Shown piece by piece: positions 39,546 to 45,860 of a DNA stretch of 45,860 nucleotides (position 1 is its first letter; the number at the start of each line of letters is the position of its first letter). Origin of the DNA: a virus; IMG/VR virus record IMGVR_UViG_3300027881_000001, positions 1 through 45,860 of that record; one strand, given 5' to 3'. The translations under genes and the position numbers were made by a program. Below the pieces are notes generated by a model. The model had not been told where the DNA came from. It saw only the letters and a list, made by a program, of their open reading frames with translations, and did not search any database.

Positions 39546-41606
39546 ATGGCGGTTTCAAATCAAACAAATAGAATATCGGCCACAGGAAGTGGTTCGGCTG
39601 GACAGGAAGTGGATTTTGTATTTCCAGTAACCGCGTCAAGTGATTTGCTGGTAATTATGCGAGTTACGGCCACCGGAGTTGAAACAGAGTTTACCGAGAA
39701 TTCTGATTATACAGTAGCGGACCCGGACGGCGGCGTTGACCCGACTGCCGACTGGTCTTCTGGCGGAACGGTTACCACTGTTACTGCGGTTACTGCTGCG
39801 CAGCAAATCCACATTATACGAGATACTCCAATGACCCAAACGCTCGACCTTGAATCCGGTGATGATTTCAGTTCTACAGACATAGAGGCCGCTATTGACC
39901 GAAATACAAGATTGATTCAGGAAAACTCCGACACTAACAGCAGGATATTGAGATTTCCAAACACTGACCCAACGACTGCTTTTGGGGAATTAGACAATTC
40001 AGTGGACAGGGCGGGTAAGTATTTGTATTTCGATTCCTCTACCGGCGCGCCTACAGTGGCCTCGGAAACAGATTCTCTTACCACGACCGTTAGTTCTTTT
40101 ATGGAAACAGTTTTAGATGATACAAGTGCCGCCGCCGTCAGGGCGACACTGGGTGTATCTGCGGTGTTTAATGTTAAAACTTACGGCGCAGTCGGGGATG
40201 GCGCGACCGACGACACTGCCGCCATCAAATTAGCCATAGCCGCCGCCGCCGCCAATCAGGGTTCGGGTTCGCTTGGCAGCGGGAATTTCCCAACAAGTGA
40301 AATTGGCGGAATAGTTTATTTCCCGCCCGGCAGGTATCTTATTACTGATACTTTGGATATTACAGAAGGTATTTATCTTGTTGGTAACGGCAAGTACGCA
40401 TCTACTATCTATAATACCGGCTCAGGCGTGCCTGCTATTAAGTTTGCTAACTCAGGCCGGTCATCTTCAGAGTCTTTCGGCGGTGCAAGAAATCTTAAAA
40501 TACTTGGTGGCAGTAGTGCCGATGCCGGGGCCTACGGCATAGAAGTTAATGTAGTTCATTATCTTGATTTCGAGAACCTGCTTATAATGGACCACGGTGA
40601 CAGTGGTATATATGTCCATGCACTTACCGTTGGCGGAAATTATAGAAACGTTTATTCATATACCAACCGCGGGGATGGTATTGAGTTCGAGAACCTTACT
40701 ACTTCGACTGCGCATAATTTCTATAGCTGTCAGTTCAGGGTAAATGATGGTATAGGTATAAATCTCGCTGGCACAAAACATACTTTCCATGGTACTGTAT
40801 CAGAGTCTAACGGCGGGATAGGTGTAGTTGCTCAATCTTCTACAAGAAATTGTACATTCTATGATTTGTATCTTGAGAACAATGAAATAACCGCCACTAC
40901 AACCTCTGTCCAGATGGAGATAAATGGCCATAATAGTCGATTCTATAATACGTTTGTAAACGCCGCCGATGGTATAATTAAAATAGTTTCAGGGGGAGTT
41001 TACAGCCACTTCTACAGTACTGCCGTCGCTGATAACAGTGGTGCGGCGAATTTTCAGATAGATAGTGGCGCCACGCACAATCTTTTGATAATGACCGCAT
41101 CTTCCACGGCCTTGGTTTTAACTAATAACGGCGGCGAAAGTAACCGAAGAATTGACAACAGTTATATGGCAATCATAGAAGATTTTACTCTCGGCGGCAA
41201 TATTATAGCTACCGGCAGCGATGAATTAGAAATAGACCATACTTCCACCGACCAGTATATCAGGGTTTCGGGCGGCGATGTCGGTGCCGGTGGCCAGATT
41301 ATCCTTTACGGCGATGCCCACGCAAATGCCAGCCAGGTTGCGGTAACCGCCGCTGGTGGCGCGACTATAACTGCTGATGGCGGCACTACAATAGACCAGT
41401 CTTCCGCTTCCGGGGCCGTTCCCGTTCTCAAACTTGACCAGGCCGATATAGATGATTCTTTCGTGGATATTGTCGGCACTTCCGCCGCCGATGGTACAAG
41501 GAGTATATCTTCTGACACAACCGAAGAAGGCGCTAAATTCGGCGCATTCAGGGTCGAGATAAATGGTGTAACAAAATGGATAAGGGTCTATGACGACCAT
41601 TCATAA
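39546..41606 (+). CDS. Tailspike/tail fibre with a pectate-lyase-type beta-helix (depolymerase candidate)
   Basis: FNVKTYGAVGDGATDDTAAIKLAI, then many beta-helix coils. Confidence 0.8.
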   Translation: MAVSNQTNRISATGSGSAGQEVDFVFPVTASSDLLVIMRVTATGVETEFTENSDYTVADPDGGVDPTADWSSGGTVTTVTAVTAAQQIHIIRDTPMTQTLDLESGDDFSSTDIEAAIDRNTRLIQENSDTNSRILRFPNTDPTTAFGELDNSVDRAGKYLYFDSSTGAPTVASETDSLTTTVSSFMETVLDDTSAAAVRATLGVSAVFNVKTYGAVGDGATDDTAAIKLAIAAAAANQGSGSLGSGNFPTSEIGGIVYFPPGRYLITDTLDITEGIYLVGNGKYASTIYNTGSGVPAIKFANSGRSSSESFGGARNLKILGGSSADAGAYGIEVNVVHYLDFENLLIMDHGDSGIYVHALTVGGNYRNVYSYTNRGDGIEFENLTTSTAHNFYSCQFRVNDGIGINLAGTKHTFHGTVSESNGGIGVVAQSSTRNCTFYDLYLENNEITATTTSVQMEINGHNSRFYNTFVNAADGIIKIVSGGVYSHFYSTAVADNSGAANFQIDSGATHNLLIMTASSTALVLTNNGGESNRRIDNSYMAIIEDFTLGGNIIATGSDELEIDHTSTDQYIRVSGGDVGAGGQIILYGDAHANASQVAVTAAGGATITADGGTTIDQSSASGAVPVLKLDQADIDDSFVDIVGTSAADGTRSISSDTTEEGAKFGAFRVEINGVTKWIRVYDDHS

Positions 41607-42017
41607 ATGAAGCTCAGGGAATCGACAATAGAAGACATAGAATATGTGGCGGAGCGTACCGCAAGTCGTGGTATACACAAAGATATGCCCGGACAAATAG
41701 ATTATTTTTATACTCTTGAGCATGAAGGAAGGCCGTTGGGTATAGGCGCGTTTAAGTTAATAAATCTTTTTACCGCATGGTGCTGGCTTGATACGACTAA
41801 GGAATCACGAAAACATACCCCCGCTGTCTATAGGATAATGAGTGAATGGATGGGCATATTTACTGAAGAACATGGAATCAAAAGGTTGCAGGCTTATGTC
41901 GAATGTGATTTTCCGGAAGCTATTCGACTGGTTGAGCATTTAGGTTTCAAGAAAGAAAGTACAATGAAAAAATTTATGGGCGATAAGGATGCGTTTATGT
42001 TTGCGAGGACGATATAA
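41607..42017 (+). CDS. GNAT-family N-acetyltransferase-like protein
   Basis: 136 aa. ...RLQAYVECDFPEAIRLVEHLGFKKES... typical of a GNAT C-terminal motif. Confidence 0.55.
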   Translation: MKLRESTIEDIEYVAERTASRGIHKDMPGQIDYFYTLEHEGRPLGIGAFKLINLFTAWCWLDTTKESRKHTPAVYRIMSEWMGIFTEEHGIKRLQAYVECDFPEAIRLVEHLGFKKESTMKKFMGDKDAFMFARTI

Positions 42018-42523
42018 TGGCACAAATTGCACAAGTCGTATTGCTTGCGGCGTCAACTACTGCATCTGCCGCCGCCTCCTATAAGCAATCTCAGCAGGCT
42101 CGCGCACAGGCCCGGACACAACAGCGAATGATGAACTATCAGGCCAAGGTTGAAGAGCGTGAGGCCGAGATGGCGAAGGCAAAGGCCCAATTTGAACAAA
42201 AAAGACAGTCTCAGGCCGCGGCGCGAGAGAAAGGTGCCTTAATTGCAAGTCTGGCTAAAGAGGGCGGGTTAGGTTCTCCTGTGGCCGCGGATTTATCTGG
42301 TGAGCAGGCCTCGGAGCTTGAACTTGAAAATCTTCTTATAGGATATGAAGGCGAAGCGGCGGCAAAGAGAAGGATGTCTCAGGCCGCCCTTGATAGGATG
42401 CAGGGAAGAATTTATAAGCAGCGTGGCAGGGACGTAAGTTCCGCGAGGCAATGGCAGGCTGGGGCGTCCTTGCTTCAGGGCTTTGGCACTGCTTCTATGG
42501 CTGCCGGGGGTGGATATGGCTAA
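42017..42523 (+). CDS. Internal virion protein (gp14-position), Ala/Gln-rich
   Basis: Hydrophobic N-terminus plus coiled-coil. Called by position. Confidence 0.5.
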   Translation: MAQIAQVVLLAASTTASAAASYKQSQQARAQARTQQRMMNYQAKVEEREAEMAKAKAQFEQKRQSQAAAREKGALIASLAKEGGLGSPVAADLSGEQASELELENLLIGYEGEAAAKRRMSQAALDRMQGRIYKQRGRDVSSARQWQAGASLLQGFGTASMAAGGGYG

Positions 42524-43985
42524 ATTTCCGATTAGACGCACAGAAAGAACTATATCAGGCAGGGGTGCGGCTGTTCGCGCCAATATAGATGTTGATACCG
42601 GCCATGCCGCTCTCGGCGAGGCGCTGAAAGATGTTGGCTCTGCTATCACTGGCGTTGCCACTCAATTTGCACAGAAATCCAAAAGACAAAGAGAGATGGA
42701 GGAAAGGCTTGCCGCCGAACGCCAGCAGAGGCTTGATACGAGGTCGAAAATAGCCGCCGAGGCTGTTATTAAAAGGGCGGAGATAGAACATGACGGTTTT
42801 AAGAAAGAAAACGCCGACACGTCTCTGTGGGAGAAAGATTTTCAGGACAGAATGGCGATTGCAAGGCAAGAGATAGATGGTCTTGATATGTCGGACGATG
42901 CCCGTCTTTTAGTGGGGGCGAAGTTCGAGAGCCGCCTAATGACAGGAGAATCGACAACTTTAGTCGATACGACTTTGAGGGAAAGCGAAGATACAAAAGA
43001 GGCGGCTGACGGCGCCCTTGTAAATGCCATCGTTGGCGGCGACCCGGATGCGATAAAGGAGGCCACTGGTTTATGGCAGGATGCTTACGCAGGAACAATG
43101 GATAAGGCCGAACAAAAGGCTTTGTTCGAAGAGTTGTCAAGGAAGGCACTGAATATGAGGGGTGATGCGGCGGTTGAGGCGGTACACGCAGCGGTTAAGG
43201 CTAATAATTTTGGGGCGGCAAGGGTTTTGGTTGACAATCCCGATATACCAGAATCAAAACAAACTACGCTTAGGGGCACGATAGACTCCAAGGAGTTGCT
43301 GGCATTTGAAAACAACTTAAATGACAGTCTTATTGGAATAGACAATGCGCCAGATATGTCTCAGTCAGATTTTGATATGCAGGCAATAAAGTTAAAGGAC
43401 TCGATTACTGCCTCTAATGTGCCGGGCGCTAACAAGAAAAAACTGCTTGCAGATTTAGAGAGATGGAGAAGGGGTACTGGGGAAGTTGATTATGCCAAGG
43501 TGCTTTCCTTGAATCAGGAAATGGACGCTGCGCAGAGGTCGGGAATAGTTGACCCGACAATAGAAACAAGAATTATGCGGGCCAACCTGGAGGGTGCGTT
43601 TGGCGGCAGGAATAAGGGCGGGCAAAAAACTTATGCAGATATGATAAGGCGGTTCAAGAAACTTGAATTTGACGAGAGGTTGCAGGCAATCGCTCCAATT
43701 GTGAGTGCGTTTGCAAGAGAAAATTCATACGACCCCGAACTTGTGTTCCTGTTTAATCAAGCCAAGAATAAGGTTGTTGCCGAGAATCCAGATGCTGACA
43801 CTAAAGATTTATTTATCAAGGTAAGCGCTCTTGCCGAATCGTATGGTATACTTCCGCCCGATGTGGTATCGGCTCGTCTTAGACAGAAGCCAAAGACTGT
43901 ACTAATGAAATCGCCGGAAGGAATATCGTATCATGTTCCCATAGATAAGAAACAAAAATTCCTCGACAATGGGTACACTGAATGA
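42516..43985 (+). CDS. Internal virion protein (gp15-position)
   Basis: Refined start MAKFPIRRTE (ATG 42516). Helical, 489 aa. Confidence 0.55.
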   Translation: MAKFPIRRTERTISGRGAAVRANIDVDTGHAALGEALKDVGSAITGVATQFAQKSKRQREMEERLAAERQQRLDTRSKIAAEAVIKRAEIEHDGFKKENADTSLWEKDFQDRMAIARQEIDGLDMSDDARLLVGAKFESRLMTGESTTLVDTTLRESEDTKEAADGALVNAIVGGDPDAIKEATGLWQDAYAGTMDKAEQKALFEELSRKALNMRGDAAVEAVHAAVKANNFGAARVLVDNPDIPESKQTTLRGTIDSKELLAFENNLNDSLIGIDNAPDMSQSDFDMQAIKLKDSITASNVPGANKKKLLADLERWRRGTGEVDYAKVLSLNQEMDAAQRSGIVDPTIETRIMRANLEGAFGGRNKGGQKTYADMIRRFKKLEFDERLQAIAPIVSAFARENSYDPELVFLFNQAKNKVVAENPDADTKDLFIKVSALAESYGILPPDVVSARLRQKPKTVLMKSPEGISYHVPIDKKQKFLDNGYTE

Positions 43986-45860
43986 TATTTGACCCAGAAA
44001 AGGAAGGTGCGGCTAAAACTTTCGACCCGCTTAACGAAGGCGCCATAGCGGTAGAGGACAGGCCGCTAACTCCCCTCGCCCCTGACGAGGCCACCAAGAA
44101 GGCCGAGAATATTTGGGATATATCTGGTGATATTGGCGTATCAACAGACGTAATACGCCAGCACTACAATACCATAATGGAAATCCCTGACCCAGACGAC
44201 GTTCCTGTTGGTATCAATGCTCCTGCCCCAAAGGTTCCAGACGAAAAACCTTACGAAGAGATGCAGTTTGCAAGGGCCCCCAAGGATGTATGGCAAATCA
44301 CCGCTTGGGGAATTCGTGTACCTGGATTAAAAAAGTTCTTTAGGTCTGACCGACAACCGTTGCCTCCAGATGCAGGCAGGATGGAGAAGATTGACAGGGG
44401 TTTTGATATTGCCACCAGAACACCGCTTCGGACTTTCCTTAAATTTGCGAATGGCCGACTTTTTGGCTTGGGCGATTTAATGTGGGCTGGAATAAAAAGA
44501 ATAACCCCGCAGGATATGTGGGATGATGAAGTAAGGAAGATGACGCTCACCGAGGCTATGGACTGGTCTGCTGGCTATAATCCATCCGGTTTTTCTAAAA
44601 CAGTGGGGGAGATGGCTGAATTTATTGGAAGGATACAAACAGCAAAAAGTATCGGGGTTAAAACAGGATTCTTGGAGAAGTTGCCAAAAGGCACTTTGAT
44701 AAAAGCATGGGAGACCGCAAAGTTATTTGGGGCTGCTGCAACCGCCGAGCAAATATCCAAAGCCGCGTCCGAGAAGATTGACCCGACCGAAACAGAATAC
44801 GGCTATGAAGGCCCGAAGGCCGTTCTAAGGGATATGGCAATCGGGGCCGCATTGAGCATGGCTACGTCCGGCGTTAAGGCGGCGTGGGCGAAACTTGCCC
44901 CGAACGAACAGACGCGCGCCTTAAAGGTTCTCGGTCTTAAAAAGGGTGCAACTAACGCAGAGATAAAAAGTGCGGCAGTAAAACTTGCCAAGCAGTACCA
45001 TCCCGACAAAGCCAAGGGTTTCGTGTCTGAGTTCAAAGAAGTGATGAAGGCCCGCGACACGCTCATTCCCGGCAAGGATGTTGTCTTTCGCGGCCAGCCG
45101 ATAAAGATTACTCCGAAACTTATTACTGGCGAGGTTTTAGGAAAGCCAATAAAGCCGAAAGCGCCGAGCATCAAAACTCTTACCAAGAAAGCCCTTACTG
45201 AACTCGGCAAAGCAGAGCGGCCAAGAGAGATAATTGAGGCAGCTAAGACGTTAGAACTTGGCAAACGTGCCGCCCGTAGTGCCGCCGCCGCTGAACGGGC
45301 CGCGGGCGCGGAAAGGCTTACGTCCGCACTTGGCCAACTGAAGGGCGAGTTGACAGAATACAAGAACCCGGATTTCACCCCGCTAAAAGAAACTATGGCG
45401 AATAAAGATATAGATGCACTCCATGACGACATCTGGGCTCGGCCACATACTGAAGACCACTTTTCTAAAATCAACACTGCAAAGGCTTGGTCCAAGGTGG
45501 TTGAGGGTTTTGTTCCTACAAGGGGCGAAATAATTCTATTAGAAAAACAGTGGGGTAAAGAGTTTGCCAAGGGTCTTTTGCGAAGGCTTCCTTTGGGCGA
45601 TAAGGCGTGGGACACCGCCGCAGATATAAGTAACTTTATGAGGACAATGTTGGCAGGTGGTGATGTGAGTGTTGCGGGAAGACAGCTTCGTGTGCTTGGT
45701 CAACTATATCCAAAAGAGTACGGCGTGGCAATCAAAAAAGGTCTTGGTGCCTACAAAAGCGAAGGCCTTGCTAAAACTGTTCGCGCAGAGTATGAATCAT
45801 CTTTTTATCACAAAGAAGCCAAAAAATACGTCCAGTTCTTTGAGCCAGCTGGAACCGAGG
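43982..45860 (+). CDS. N-terminal part of the wrap-around 1,106-aa internal virion (gp16-position) protein, containing a J-domain (about 44912-45070)
   Basis: ATGA coupling at 43982. I translated the frame by hand to the window end without finding a stop. Contains LKVLGLKKGATNAEIKSAAVKLAKQYHPDKAKGFVSEFKEVMKARDTL. Confidence 0.8.
   Translation, partial: MIFDPEKEGAAKTFDPLNEGAIAVEDRPLTPLAPDEATKKAENIWDISGDIGVSTDVIRQHYNTIMEIPDPDDVPVGINAPAPKVPDEKPYEEMQFARAPKDVWQITAWGIRVPGLKKFFRSDRQPLPPDAGRMEKIDRGFDIATRTPLRTFLKFANGRLFGLGDLMWAGIKRITPQDMWDDEVRKMTLTEAMDWSAGYNPSGFSKTVGEMAEFIGRIQTAKSIGVKTGFLEKLPKGTLIKAWETAKLFGAAATAEQISKAASEKIDPTETEYGYEGPKAVLRDMAIGAALSMATSGVKAAWAKLAPNEQTRALKVLGLKKGATNAEIKSAAVKLAKQYHPDKAKGFVSEFKEVMKARDTLIPGKDVVFRGQPIKITPKLITGEVLGKPIKPKAPSIKTLTKKALTELGKAERPREIIEAAKTLELGKRAARSAAAAERAAGAERLTSALGQLKGELTEYKNPDFTPLKETMANKDIDALHDDIWARPHTEDHFSKINTAKAWSKVVEGFVPTRGEIILLEKQWGKEFAKGLLRRLPLGDKAWDTAADISNFMRTMLAGGDVSVAGRQLRVLGQLYPKEYGVAIKKGLGAYKSEGLAKTVRAEYESSFYHKEAKKYVQFFEPAGTE
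45734..45860. repeat. Second copy of the terminal overlap (= nt 1-127)
   Basis: Direct comparison of the two ends. Confidence 0.9.

Noticed and set aside
44803-45615. 270-aa ORF on the - strand
   Set aside because: It is antisense to a + strand frame that I translated without stops from 43982 to the window end and that contains a clean J-domain. The antisense product is Ala/Ser/Leu-rich and junk-like.

Overview
This window appears to be one complete dsDNA phage genome, not a bacterial chromosome segment. Nt 1-127 are repeated exactly at 45734-45860, giving a 45,733-bp unit that is either a circular assembly or has a short terminal repeat. One 1,106-aa ORF runs off the 3' end and continues in frame at nt 1.

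Gene layout:
- Late/structural operon on the + strand (26467 -> end -> wraps to 8260). It has a T7-like podovirus order: small and large terminase, portal, scaffold, major capsid, tail tubular A and B, beta-helix tailspike, GNAT and three internal virion proteins. After the wrap come a glycosyltransferase/methyltransferase cassette, a second beta-helix protein and a Ser-Pro repeat fibre protein.
- Leftward accessory block (8257-11953, - strand). It holds two Tat-signal paralogues, a metallophosphoesterase, zinc-ribbon proteins and nucleotide-metabolism-like proteins.
- Rightward early/replication block (12400-23483). It holds an HNH endonuclease, a RecB-like nuclease, an SSB ending in DDDIPF, a replisome organiser, DnaB and NinG.
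- Two small leftward operons (23464-25268 and 25914-26335). The first ends with a TrmL-like SPOUT methyltransferase and an HTH regulator.

I recognise no integrase, DNA polymerase, RNA polymerase, rRNA, CRISPR array or canonical tRNA.

Most interesting observations:
1. A late-operon glycan cassette (two DxH-type GT-A enzymes and a CmcI-like sugar O-methyltransferase) lies next to a roughly 316-aa mucin-like Ser-Pro stalk protein. This suggests virion O-glycosylation.
2. A canonical J-domain with the HPD motif is embedded in the gp16-position internal virion protein.
3. A 455-nt non-coding, structured region contains a tRNA-Leu-like element split by a roughly 100-nt insert.
4. An intergenic motif (17-mer TTAGCAAGATATTTATA and variants) recurs at promoters, two of which appear to give leaderless transcripts.
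5. A series of terminator-like hairpins sits immediately upstream of early-gene ribosome-binding sites.

Motif and hairpin coordinates were located by hand and may be off by 1-2 nt. All functional calls come from motif recognition by eye, not from database searches.
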